From: Methanothermococcus okinawensis IH1
Lineage (GTDB): Archaea; AGJL01; Methanococci; Methanococcales; Methanococcaceae
Length of the DNA: 24,000 bases
Assembly: GCF_000179575.2 (NCBI RefSeq)
Contig: NC_015636.1
Coordinates: 697,495 to 721,494, forward strand
Direction of reading: 5' to 3'
The translations under genes and the position numbers were made by a program. Position 1 is the stretch's first letter; every line of letters begins with the position of its first letter. Below are positions 1 through 8,991 of this stretch, in pieces. Under the pieces are notes generated by a model that was given only the letters and a program-made list of their open reading frames with translations, had not been told where the DNA came from and did no database searches.

Positions 1-863
1 ATTACGGCATTACTCAGGAAGAGGTGAATATGTTAAAGGAATATGTTAAAGAACAGCTTAAAACAGAAATTACCGAAAAAGATGCCATAGTTCTCGTAGC
101 TGATGAAGAACATAAGGTGGATAGGGCATTAAATGCAATCATTGAAAGAGCTCAGGAGGCCATTAAGGGAGTTCCTGAGGAAACTAGAAAAGCACTTGAA
201 AATGGAAATACTTCCTATTTAAGACCGCTTCCTGGCTCTGCAAGAATGTATCCAGAAACCGATATTCCCGCCATAAAAATAAATAAAAAAGTTATCGAAG
301 ACATAAAAAACAATTTACCAGAGATGCCTGAGGAAAAATTGGAAAGATTTATGAAAGAGTATAATTTAAATAAGGATTTGGCAGAAATTATGGTAATGTC
401 TCATCGTGTTGAATTATTCGAAAAATTATGTAAAAAATATAAGGATAAAAACATAAAACCAACGCTAATTGCCACAACATTGGAGGGAACATTGAGAGAA
501 ATTAAAAGGGAAGGCTATAATGTGGATGTTTTAACTGAAAGACACTTTAATGAGGTATTTGATGGATTATCCAATAAAAAAATGTCAAAAGAGGCTGTTA
601 TTGAGGTATTAAAAGGATTTGCAGAATATCCTGAAAAGGATTTGAATGAGATTTTGGAAATAAAAGGTCTTAAATCACTATCAAAAGAAGAGGTTGAGGA
701 TATAATAACCGATATAATAAATCAAAATATAGATATTGTAAAAAGCAAAGGTATGGGTGCTATGGGAATGTTAATGGGTAGATGTATGGCAGTTCTTAGG
801 GGTAAAGCCGATGGAAAATTAATAAACAGCATATTGAAGGATAAACTAACAAATATGCAATAA
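1..863 (+). CDS. gatE: Glu-tRNA(Gln) amidotransferase subunit E, C-terminal ~285 codons (5' end lies upstream of the window)
   Basis: The frame is open from nt 3 (YGITQEEV precedes the ORF-track GTG at 24), so the gene is cut by the window edge. It contains the GatE/GatB-type motif SYLRPLPGSARMYPETDIP and a YqeY/GatB-like C-terminal tail (GMGAMGMLMGRCMAVLRGKADGKLIN). Stop TAA at 861-863 is followed by T-rich tracts. Confidence 0.85.
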   Translation, partial: YGITQEEVNMLKEYVKEQLKTEITEKDAIVLVADEEHKVDRALNAIIERAQEAIKGVPEETRKALENGNTSYLRPLPGSARMYPETDIPAIKINKKVIEDIKNNLPEMPEEKLERFMKEYNLNKDLAEIMVMSHRVELFEKLCKKYKDKNIKPTLIATTLEGTLREIKREGYNVDVLTERHFNEVFDGLSNKKMSKEAVIEVLKGFAEYPEKDLNEILEIKGLKSLSKEEVEDIITDIINQNIDIVKSKGMGAMGMLMGRCMAVLRGKADGKLINSILKDKLTNMQ

Positions 864-1043
864 ATTTTAGTATGTATTTTTATTTATTTTTATATATAAT
901 TTTAATATATATTATATACCTTTTATTTTTCATGTATTTTTATTTATTTTTTAAATTTTCAAATTTTAATTTATAATTCGATATATCAATATCATTATAT
1001 GTTAAATTAGATTAGTTAAATCAGCTAAATTAGGGGATATACT

Positions 1044-2540
1044 ATGAAAGAAATTATAGGATATGTAGTTGGAGAAACCACAACTACTGAGCTCTCATTT
1101 TTATCAGATAAAATTCCAGAAATTGGTAGTTATGTTTCTATAAAATACGACGATGGAATGGAGATTCTTGGAATGATTGAAGGGGTAATGCAAGGATGCC
1201 CTGTTTTTGATGAAGTGCTAAATGTAAAAGACCTATTAAAGTTAAAAAAATTGGAAATTGAGGATTCATTTTACATTATGGGTAAAATAAAGGTTTTAGG
1301 AGATATAAATTACAAGAAAATTCCAAGGGTTCCTCCAAAACCCGGAACTGAGGTATATGCCGCTGATGAAAATACATTAAAAAGGATGTTTTCGAATGGA
1401 GATATTGAGATAGGGAAGCTTATTTCAAAGGATATTCCTGTTAAATTGGATGTAAATAAATTATGTTCAAGGCATTTGGCAATACTTGCAATTACAGGTA
1501 TGGGAAAATCAAATACCGTTGCCGTGCTACTATCGGAGCTCAGTAAATTAAATGCCACCGTGCTTGTGTGTGATGTGCATGGGGAGTATAAAGGCATTGA
1601 ATCCTACGACTCAGATAATAAATTAAAAACTCATATTATAAAACCTAAAATAAATATATACAATATTGGTAGCGGTAGTTTAGCAGATTTAGCTGGCGTA
1701 GATGCCCAAGCTACAAAACAAAGACCTTATATTAGAAAAGCCATTAAAAATGTAAAAAATCGATATAGAGAAAGCGATTTTAACTCTGCGGAGGATTATA
1801 TAAATGAAGTAATAATAGAACTTGAATCATTTATGGAAATCAATAAAAAAGATGCCGATAGCATTCAAACCGCAATTTTTAGATTGGAAGATATGCTACA
1901 ATTTAAAAAGCATTTAATAGCTCTTCATTATAATCCAATAGAGGAGATAAGGGATAACCATATAAATATACTTTCACTTGAAAGCTTGGATGAAAACGAT
2001 ATGGATGTTATTGTTTCATACTTTTCAAAGGAAATATTGAAAGATAGAAAGGACTCTTTAAGAAACGGAGCTCCGAAACCTATATTTATAATATTTGAAG
2101 AGGCTCATCTTATCGTTCCACAGAACAGATATACAAAATCAAAATTATATATATCGAGAATAGCCCGAGAAGGAAGAAAATTTGGGGTTGGAATATGCCT
2201 TGTATCCCAAAGACCAAAGACACTTGACCAGGAGTCATTATCCCAGTGTAATAATTTAATAATTTCAAAATTGATAGAGCCTTCTGACCAAGCACATGTG
2301 CAACATGCCTCTGAAAATCTAAGTGAGGACTTACTTAAACAACTCCCCGGGTTAAATGTTGGTGAGGCTGTAATACTTGGTCCTGCATTAAATATCCCTG
2401 CAATAGTTAAAATAAATAGATTTAATGGAGATTATGGGGGAAAGGATTTAAATATCGTAAATATATGGAATAATAACAGCAATAATTACAACAACGAAAA
2501 ACGGCTCTCATCCGATGATATGTTTGGAGGACTGGATTAA
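1044..2540 (+). CDS. HerA/DUF87-family hexameric ATPase (FtsK-HerA superfamily)
   Basis: RBS-like AGGGGA lies 7 nt upstream of the ATG. The N-terminal region looks like a beta-barrel (HAS-like). Walker A is ILAITGMGKSNT and Walker B is IFIIFEEAHLIVP. The typical HerA segment ISRIAREGRKFGVGICLVSQRP is present. The Asn-rich C-terminal tail is not part of the conserved fold. Confidence 0.8.
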   Translation: MKEIIGYVVGETTTTELSFLSDKIPEIGSYVSIKYDDGMEILGMIEGVMQGCPVFDEVLNVKDLLKLKKLEIEDSFYIMGKIKVLGDINYKKIPRVPPKPGTEVYAADENTLKRMFSNGDIEIGKLISKDIPVKLDVNKLCSRHLAILAITGMGKSNTVAVLLSELSKLNATVLVCDVHGEYKGIESYDSDNKLKTHIIKPKINIYNIGSGSLADLAGVDAQATKQRPYIRKAIKNVKNRYRESDFNSAEDYINEVIIELESFMEINKKDADSIQTAIFRLEDMLQFKKHLIALHYNPIEEIRDNHINILSLESLDENDMDVIVSYFSKEILKDRKDSLRNGAPKPIFIIFEEAHLIVPQNRYTKSKLYISRIAREGRKFGVGICLVSQRPKTLDQESLSQCNNLIISKLIEPSDQAHVQHASENLSEDLLKQLPGLNVGEAVILGPALNIPAIVKINRFNGDYGGKDLNIVNIWNNNSNNYNNEKRLSSDDMFGGLD

Positions 2541-2653
2541 AAAAATGTAAAATAAAAATAATAATAAAAAATATAAAAAATAATCCTATTGATGTACTTT
2601 TTATTAATTAAAAAGCTTTTATTATATGAGCTCCTATATTAATATATAAAGAG

Positions 2654-3484
2654 GTGAGCTCTACGAATTGGGAGATAACATTTGATGGTATAACTTATGA
2701 ATGTATCAACTGTGGATATTGTTGTAGCTGTAAGGATTGGAGAATATATTTATCATATTTTGATACTTTGAAGTTAAAGGAATATGAAGAATATATCGAA
2801 GAAATAAAAGAAGATATTACAGGGTTGGGATTCACTAAACGACTCAAAACAAACAATAGGGGCTGCGTTCTTTTAAACAGTAACAATTTATGCAATATTC
2901 AACTTAAAAAAGGGTATGAATTTAAACCTATTATGTGTAAATTATTTCCATTTAGTTTTATGGTAAAATGGAATGGAGATTTGCTTTTAATAATTAAGCA
3001 TTACTGCAACGGTATTAAAAAAGGAAAATGCGATGATAAAATAATTAAACATGCCATAGAATGTTGTGAAGAATTATATCTTGATGAAATGGATGAAATA
3101 ATAAATATGGGGATGGAACATTCCACAAAAACCAGACTAAACAATAATACATTAATCTCATGGGAAGAGCGAGAGGAGCTCGGAAGATATATTTTTGACA
3201 GTAGTAATTTGGAGGAGCTCTCTGAAAAATGTAAAGAGGTTTTGAATATTGATATATTTAAAGATATGAAAAAATTAAATCATGATAGCGAAATATTTAT
3301 TAAAAATGAAGAAGAGATAATAAGATATTTAGGAGAACTTAATAGAAGAGAACATTTTAGAAAACTAAGTTTTAAAAAAGAGATATACTACCTGTTAAAT
3401 ATTGGAAAAGAATTGAGTAAATATAGTGACATATTCAAAGGTGAAGGGGTTATCGATTCAAAAATCTTAAATTACCATAAATAA
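2654..3484 (+). CDS. YkgJ/UPF0153-family cysteine-cluster (putative Zn/Fe-chelating) protein
   Basis: CxxCxxCC signature (YECINCGYCCSC) plus a second Cys group (RGCVLLNSNNLCNIQ, KPIMCKLFPF), typical of PF03692-type proteins. GTG at 2654 is the only possible start after the in-frame stop at 2627-2629, and it is embedded in AGAGGTGAGC. The C-terminal half has no recognisable domain. Confidence 0.65.
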   Translation: MSSTNWEITFDGITYECINCGYCCSCKDWRIYLSYFDTLKLKEYEEYIEEIKEDITGLGFTKRLKTNNRGCVLLNSNNLCNIQLKKGYEFKPIMCKLFPFSFMVKWNGDLLLIIKHYCNGIKKGKCDDKIIKHAIECCEELYLDEMDEIINMGMEHSTKTRLNNNTLISWEEREELGRYIFDSSNLEELSEKCKEVLNIDIFKDMKKLNHDSEIFIKNEEEIIRYLGELNRREHFRKLSFKKEIYYLLNIGKELSKYSDIFKGEGVIDSKILNYHK

Positions 3485-3502
3485 TATATTTTTAGTGAAA
3501 AT

Positions 3503-4021
3503 ATGATGATGAAAAAAGAAGTAATTATTATACTAATAACTACCATCTTAGTAATATTACCAATTTTATGGGTTATTCAACATAGTGATGCAAATAACTC
3601 AGATTTAAAAAAGTATGATGTATATAGTATAGAAACCAAAAAAATAGATAATAAAAACGTGTCTATTGTATATCAAATCAAAAACCCATCTCCATATGAG
3701 CATCTAAACAATATAGACTCTAAAACCAAAGCTGAAATATGTTATATTACATGGTATATGTTCAATCATTACCATAATATCGATGAAGTTCAAATAATAG
3801 CATATTACAATGATACAGGTAAATTAAAGGAATATTATAAATTTAAAATTGATAGAAATGCTGCTGAAATATCGGGGCTTTTAAATATCTCTGACGCGGA
3901 TATATCATCAAATATGTATTATTATTACCGTAAAATAATTAAACTAGGAGTGCTAAAAGTTAAAGATGTAAATATTCCATATTGGAGGAGAGTTTATGGC
4001 TACAATAACACCAATCAATGA
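3503..4021 (+). CDS. hypothetical protein with N-terminal transmembrane/signal-anchor helix
   Basis: Long ORF with coding-like composition. The N-terminal hydrophobic stretch is VIIILITTILVILPILWVI. Its 3' end overlaps the next gene by 26 nt, which suggests coupling. I recognise no family. Confidence 0.45.
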   Translation: MMMKKEVIIILITTILVILPILWVIQHSDANNSDLKKYDVYSIETKKIDNKNVSIVYQIKNPSPYEHLNNIDSKTKAEICYITWYMFNHYHNIDEVQIIAYYNDTGKLKEYYKFKIDRNAAEISGLLNISDADISSNMYYYYRKIIKLGVLKVKDVNIPYWRRVYGYNNTNQ

Positions 4022-4565
4022 AGAAGAGAAAATGAGTATATTGGCAGGACTTAGAAGTCGTGTTCCTGCTACAAAATTAATAACTTTAAAAAAAATTTCA
4101 GATATTGCAGATATGCACCCTGAATCATTGCAATATATGGATATGGATGATAAAAGAACATTACAGGAAATAATAAGTTCAGTTGAAAGGATAATTAATA
4201 TAGATACGGATGCCGTATTAAAAAGAGAAGCGTTAATCTCTCTTGAAAAAATAAAAAAGGCCTTAGGGGCCAAATTTACCCGAGATTTAATAACTTGCAA
4301 AAATTGTGGTGAAATCATAGATTTGGGATGGGAATACTGTGCAAACTGTGGAGCCAATATCACCAACATGGAATTTGAAGGTATAGAAAGATGTAAAAAT
4401 TGTAATAAACATATTTCTGAAGAATGGACATATTGTGCCCACTGCGGAGTTTTATTAAAGGAAAAAGAAGAAAAAAATTTAGTATGTCCCAATTGTAGAA
4501 GACCTGTTGACCCTTCATGGATGGTTTGCCCATATTGTGGTTACAGGCTCAAAAAGATAAAATAA
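3996..4565 (+). CDS. triple zinc-ribbon domain protein (DZR-like), unknown function
   Basis: Strong RBS GGAGGAG lies 5 nt upstream of ATG 3996. The C-terminal half carries three tandem CxxC-x(9-10)-CxxCG ribbons (CKNCGEIIDLGWEYCANCG, CKNCNKHISEEWTYCAHCG, CPNCRRPVDPSWMVCPYCG). The N-terminal ~100 aa are unrecognised. Confidence 0.65.
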   Translation: MATITPINEEEKMSILAGLRSRVPATKLITLKKISDIADMHPESLQYMDMDDKRTLQEIISSVERIINIDTDAVLKREALISLEKIKKALGAKFTRDLITCKNCGEIIDLGWEYCANCGANITNMEFEGIERCKNCNKHISEEWTYCAHCGVLLKEKEEKNLVCPNCRRPVDPSWMVCPYCGYRLKKIK

Positions 4566-4581
4566 AAAATAAAATATCTTT

Positions 4582-5430
4582 TTAATTTTTTAGAACATTT
4601 GATACAGCACATGATTCTTCTAAAAGTTCAATTTTTAATCCTATTTTTGCAGGAATTACATTAACATTTGTATTTTTTGATATATATTCGCACTCTTTAA
4701 TAGGATTGGTCATTTTCAAACCCATATGATTCATAACTGCAATTTCTGGTTTATTACTCATTTCGTTCAATAAATCTATCAAATCGTTTGAACATAAATG
4801 TCCTTTTATACGCTCATTTTTTTTCCTAACAACATTTGCTATAAGCACCCTTACTCCATTAAAATCTTCAATTAATGACTCCATATATTCCGTATCGCTG
4901 GTATATCCGATATCTCCCTTATTGGTTTTTACCCTTACGCCAATTCCAAAAGGGTCCCCATGTTTTGTCTTTGTTGCCGTTAAATTAACATCTAAAATAT
5001 CCACAGAATCCTTTGGGTTTAACAAATAAACCCTTTCAGGTTTTGATTGGTGATATTTTGATATTGCATTTTCGTAAATCCCAAATCCTTCCAAAACTGA
5101 AATATTGCTTATTACATAACCTCTTTTTTTTATCATACCGTTTGTCATAGCCTCTATAATAATCTCAGCATCGGTATAATGGTCTGGATGGTCATGAGAT
5201 ACAAATAAGGCGTTTGTGCTCCATGGCGATATTTTTAACTCATTCATCCTTACAAGAGCTCCGGGACCTGGGTCTATGTGTAATCTTGTTTTTTCAGTAT
5301 GTATTCTAAAACCGCCCGTTCCTTTATTCTGTGAAATAGTTTCCCATCTTCCTCCACCTGCACCTAAAAAAATTATTTCAACACGCAAAATTACCACATC
5401 CTTAAAATTATTAATAATAAAAAATAGCAT
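4582..5430 (-). CDS. MBL-fold metallo-hydrolase
   Basis: Canonical HxHxDH motif (VSHDHPDHY), a preceding GAGGG/IHIDPGPG region and downstream His/Asp ligands (KHGD, NHMG). The true start is uncertain. It may be an internal TTG/GTG near 5382-5388, just before EIIFLGAGGG, which follows an AAGGATGTGG RBS-like sequence. Confidence 0.75.
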   Translation of the reverse strand: MLFFIINNFKDVVILRVEIIFLGAGGGRWETISQNKGTGGFRIHTEKTRLHIDPGPGALVRMNELKISPWSTNALFVSHDHPDHYTDAEIIIEAMTNGMIKKRGYVISNISVLEGFGIYENAISKYHQSKPERVYLLNPKDSVDILDVNLTATKTKHGDPFGIGVRVKTNKGDIGYTSDTEYMESLIEDFNGVRVLIANVVRKKNERIKGHLCSNDLIDLLNEMSNKPEIAVMNHMGLKMTNPIKECEYISKNTNVNVIPAKIGLKIELLEESCAVSNVLKN

Positions 5431-5554
5431 TTCAAAATATAAATAATATTACATTAAAAATATACTAAATATTAAAATATATTAAAATATAGTAATATTA
5501 AATATAAAAATTATATCATCCTATTAAAATATATAAAATTATAATTTTTTATAT

Positions 5555-6097
5555 CTATCTTGTATCTATAAATTTAACATTTTTATATATGCCATTTACC
5601 TCTACAATTTCATAAGGGGAAGTAATTACTATACTATTATTATTTTGAACAGTGCTGGATACATAAACAGTTATATCCTCATTGCTATTTTTAATTATTT
5701 TTGCTATTTTGATGCTGTAATAATTGGGTTTTTTACCACCATAAACACATATAATGGTTGTATTTTTTCGGTTATCTATATAACTACAATAATATTTTTT
5801 ATCATATTTCCCATATTGCCCATATTCTAATATCGTATAGTTAATAGGTATGGGTAAGTTATTACAATTACTGTATGTATCCTTATTTTTATTATTCTTA
5901 TCCACATTTTTATTACCATTCAGAGCTCTGTTATATCCAAAATTGCTACTATTTTTTATGGTGATATTTTTATTGTTTATAGTTTTATGGATATTTACAT
6001 CATCATTAAAAAAATCTAAACACGACGATAAACTAACCATCAACAATATTGCAAAAATTGAAAATAACAATAATAATTTATTTTTTAAACTTTTCAT
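5555..6097 (-). CDS. hypothetical secreted protein / putative lipoprotein, Asn-rich
   Basis: RBS-like GGGGT lies upstream of the ATG. The N-terminal signal peptide ends in a lipobox-like LSSC (LLLLFSIFAILLMVSLSSC). It lies 9 nt downstream of uppS in the same orientation. I recognise no family. Confidence 0.45.
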   Translation of the reverse strand: MKSLKNKLLLLFSIFAILLMVSLSSCLDFFNDDVNIHKTINNKNITIKNSSNFGYNRALNGNKNVDKNNKNKDTYSNCNNLPIPINYTILEYGQYGKYDKKYYCSYIDNRKNTTIICVYGGKKPNYYSIKIAKIIKNSNEDITVYVSSTVQNNNSIVITSPYEIVEVNGIYKNVKFIDTR

Positions 6098-6106
6098 AAT
6101 ACCCCA

Positions 6107-6907
6107 TTATTTTCCAAACCTTCTTTTTCTTCTTTGATAATCCCTAATTGCCCTTAAAAAATCTATTTTTCTAAAATTAGGCCAGTATGTTTCGCAGAAG
6201 TAAAGTTCAGAATAGCTTGACTGCCATATTAAAAAATTACTTATCCTCTCCTCACCAGAAGTCCTTATTATTAAATCGGGATTTTGATATGGTAAATGAG
6301 CAGTGTACAAATGTTTAGATATGGTTTCCACAGATATATCATTAACATCCATCTCATTATTTTTTATCTTTTGCCCAATCCTTTTTATAGCATCCACGAG
6401 CTCCTGCTGACCCCCATATGCAATTGCAACATTTACATAATAGTTATCATAATCCTTTGTTTTATTTTCTGCATAAGCTATTGCCTCCCTAACATTTTCA
6501 GGTAGGAGCTCTATTCTACCTATAGCCTTTATATGTATTTTATATTTATGAACATTCCTATCTTCTGCAACAGCCCTAAATTCTCTTTCAAATAACTTCA
6601 TCAATGCATCAACTTCTTCCTTTGGTCTATTGAAGTTTTCCAAAGAAAATGAATATAATGTTATTATTTTTATATTTAAATCAACACACCAACCTATAAA
6701 CTCCCTGACCTTTTTTGCACCAATATAATGACCTTTTGTAGATTTTTCACCCATTATTCTTGCCATTCTTCTATTACCATCCATTATAACTCCTATATGT
6801 TTTGGAACCTTTTTTTTATTGATTTCCCCTTCAAGTATCTTTTCATAAAACTTAAATGTCCAGAACCTATTGAAAAAATTGTAAATTTTAAAGAACAAAT
6901 CCACCAC
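6107..6907 (-). CDS. uppS: cis-prenyltransferase: undecaprenyl (tritrans,polycis) diphosphate synthase
   Basis: Hallmark motifs HIGVIMDGNRRMA and IIRTSGEERISNFLIWQSSYSELYF, with the C-terminal RRFG. The ORF-track start is a GTG and the exact start is uncertain by a few codons. Confidence 0.9.
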   Translation of the reverse strand: MVDLFFKIYNFFNRFWTFKFYEKILEGEINKKKVPKHIGVIMDGNRRMARIMGEKSTKGHYIGAKKVREFIGWCVDLNIKIITLYSFSLENFNRPKEEVDALMKLFEREFRAVAEDRNVHKYKIHIKAIGRIELLPENVREAIAYAENKTKDYDNYYVNVAIAYGGQQELVDAIKRIGQKIKNNEMDVNDISVETISKHLYTAHLPYQNPDLIIRTSGEERISNFLIWQSSYSELYFCETYWPNFRKIDFLRAIRDYQRRKRRFGK

Positions 6908-6933
6908 CGAATCTTTAAATCCTTAAATTAAAG

Positions 6934-7746
6934 TTATTTAATAGAGTTTAATATCTCTCCTGTTAAAAATTTTACTGCATTATAATACCTTTTCCAATTC
7001 CCATTCCTGCTTGTGTCTATAAATTTTACATTATTGTTATTTAAAACTACTGCACCACATCCTTCAATACCACATACCAATCCCAAGCATCTAAAAATTA
7101 GATTTCCAGATATTCCATCAGGAGCTATAATAATATTATATCCTTCTTTTAGGTATTCCTCTATCAATATACCTTTGTGTTTTATTACTAAGTTATTGGT
7201 ATGTTTAGCATTATATTTATTACTATTACTGATGTATTTTACAATATTTTCGCCTTCATCTATTGATTTGTCTATCTTTTTACTTCTTCCGTAATCTGAA
7301 AGTCTTCCTGATGATAAAATTCCAATCTTTGGATAAGGGTTGCATTTAGTATTATTATCATTATTATTGATATTATCATTAGTATTATTTATATTATTTA
7401 AAAACTTTATAGCATAATTTATTATATTTATTTTATCATTAAAACCATTTTCATCATCCACCTCATCAATACCAACAGGAGATAATAAAAAATAATTATT
7501 TGTAAATGGATTTTTTAAAATAGATGCTCTATAAAATTTTCCGATATATTTTTTTAAATAAGGTATAACCTCAGAAGAAGACAGTGTGCCCCTTATAGAA
7601 CCCTGAACTTCCCTATTTACAGTCAATGATATGAGCTCCTTTGGGTCATCTACTAATTTAACTTCTATACCTTCATCTATTAATTTATGATATGCCTTTA
7701 AGAGCTCTTCATTGTTGGTCTTCCCAATTCCCATCAAATATACCAT
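6934..7746 (-). CDS. MtxX-like / phosphate-acyltransferase (Pta/PlsX)-fold protein, methanogen-type (methanogenesis-marker-4-like)
   Basis: The C-terminal APDGISGNLIFRCLGLVCGIEGCGAVVL resembles the PTA_PTB family motif (P-D-x-x-x-GN-x-x-x-K/R). Overall size and the N-terminal MGIG segment recall MtxX-family proteins. The assignment is from memory of the family, not from a search. It contains an Asn-rich insertion (NNINNTNDNINNNDNN). Confidence 0.5.
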   Translation of the reverse strand: MVYLMGIGKTNNEELLKAYHKLIDEGIEVKLVDDPKELISLTVNREVQGSIRGTLSSSEVIPYLKKYIGKFYRASILKNPFTNNYFLLSPVGIDEVDDENGFNDKINIINYAIKFLNNINNTNDNINNNDNNTKCNPYPKIGILSSGRLSDYGRSKKIDKSIDEGENIVKYISNSNKYNAKHTNNLVIKHKGILIEEYLKEGYNIIIAPDGISGNLIFRCLGLVCGIEGCGAVVLNNNNVKFIDTSRNGNWKRYYNAVKFLTGEILNSIK

Positions 7747-7829
7747 GATTTCCCTTAATCTATGTTTTAATCTATTTTAATTTTTTTATTTTTATTTTTT
7801 ATTTTAATTTTTAATTATTTTTTATTTTA

Positions 7830-8168
7830 TTATTCTTTTTCATCAATTATATTCAATTTATCCCCTATCTTTAAATCTAAACCACAGCTTTTTATTTCAA
7901 TCATTGCATTTGAATAAACATTTGATTTATAGGTTTTCCATGGTTTTAAATTCTTTACAATACCTACAACGGAATTATCCATTAGAAATACAACATCTAT
8001 TGGGTATTTCATAAAACATGTGTGTATATGGAGCTTTCTTTTATGGTAGTAAAATATAAGCCCCTCGTCATGCCCTATATCTCTAAACATCAAACCAAAC
8101 GCTCGTTTTATGAAATTATCCGCCACATTTAAATGATATATTTTATTATTCAATTTTACCTTTAACAT
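7830..8168 (-). CDS. DUF192 (COG1430) domain protein
   Basis: AGGTGA RBS lies 4 nt upstream of the ATG. The ~110 aa size and motifs (ADNFIKRAFGLMFR, PIDVVFL, AMIEI) are typical of DUF192. Its start overlaps the 3' end of the upstream protease gene by 23 nt. Confidence 0.65.
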   Translation of the reverse strand: MLKVKLNNKIYHLNVADNFIKRAFGLMFRDIGHDEGLIFYYHKRKLHIHTCFMKYPIDVVFLMDNSVVGIVKNLKPWKTYKSNVYSNAMIEIKSCGLDLKIGDKLNIIDEKE

Positions 8169-8991
8169 GATTCACCTTTTTATAAGGGGTAGGTATATAT
8201 TGAACAGAAGGTCTTTGTCCCACAGGTTGTTTGTATAAATCAAATAATTTATACACCTTATCTGGAACTTTTGTATTTACCGATATTCCCAATTCATTTA
8301 ATTTTTTAACAGTTAGCGGATAGTCATGAGTCCATTTACCTGTTGAAAGTGTCTCAGCAAGTTCTTTTGCTCTTTCTTCGGGCATCTTATCCCTTAATAA
8401 ATCAAATACAAATTCTTTAACTTGGTTTATTGCTTTTTTAGAAACATCTGCAAGTATTAATGTTTCATCATCGAGCTCATCTATATATTTAGAATTCACT
8501 GTATTTATAATAGAAGCTGCTGGATATTGCCCTATTTGGGGGTCTACTGGTCCCATCACTGCATTTTTATCCATTATAATTTCATCCACTGCCAATGATA
8601 TCAAACTACCTCCACTCATTGCATAATGTGGTATTATTACCGTTGTTTTTGCCTTATGTTCCTTTAATGCCATAGCTATTTGCTCGCTGGCAAGAACCAA
8701 ACCACCTGGTGTGTGAAGTATTAAATCAATAGGCATATCCTCAGGCGTCATTCTGATTGCCCTTAAAACCTCTTCACTGTCCTCGATATTTATAAATCTA
8801 TATATGGGTATTCCAAAAAGAGCCAGTTGCTCTTGCCTATGTATCATTACTATTACTCGGGTTTTTCGCTCTCTTTCCAATTCTTTAATGCAATTATATC
8901 TCTGCAATAATTTCAATCTAAACATGAATTGAGGATACATAAATAAAAGTAGAAGAAATAACCAAAAAAGACTTGACGGGTCCATTATCAC
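8146..8991 (-). CDS. membrane-anchored ClpP/SppA-fold serine protease (SDH-family proteinase-like)
   Basis: N-terminal TM helix (LFWLFLLLLFMYP). ClpP-fold motifs HTPGGLVLASEQIA and YAMSGGSLISLA (putative nucleophile Ser) are present. The ORF-track start is GTG at 8991, and the ATG at 8985 is an alternative. Confidence 0.65.
   Translation of the reverse strand: MIMDPSSLFWLFLLLLFMYPQFMFRLKLLQRYNCIKELERERKTRVIVMIHRQEQLALFGIPIYRFINIEDSEEVLRAIRMTPEDMPIDLILHTPGGLVLASEQIAMALKEHKAKTTVIIPHYAMSGGSLISLAVDEIIMDKNAVMGPVDPQIGQYPAASIINTVNSKYIDELDDETLILADVSKKAINQVKEFVFDLLRDKMPEERAKELAETLSTGKWTHDYPLTVKKLNELGISVNTKVPDKVYKLFDLYKQPVGQRPSVQYIPTPYKKVNHVKGKIE

Noticed and set aside
5431-5554. Reiterated ATTAAAATATA-type motifs (for example tandem TATTAAAATA x2 near 5468-5487) that might suggest a repeat array or CRISPR-like structure
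   Set aside because: This is pure A/T low complexity in a 124-bp promoter/terminator spacer. The units are about 10 bp with no spacers of unique sequence and no regular 25-40 bp repeat/spacer periodicity. It is expected by chance at this composition.
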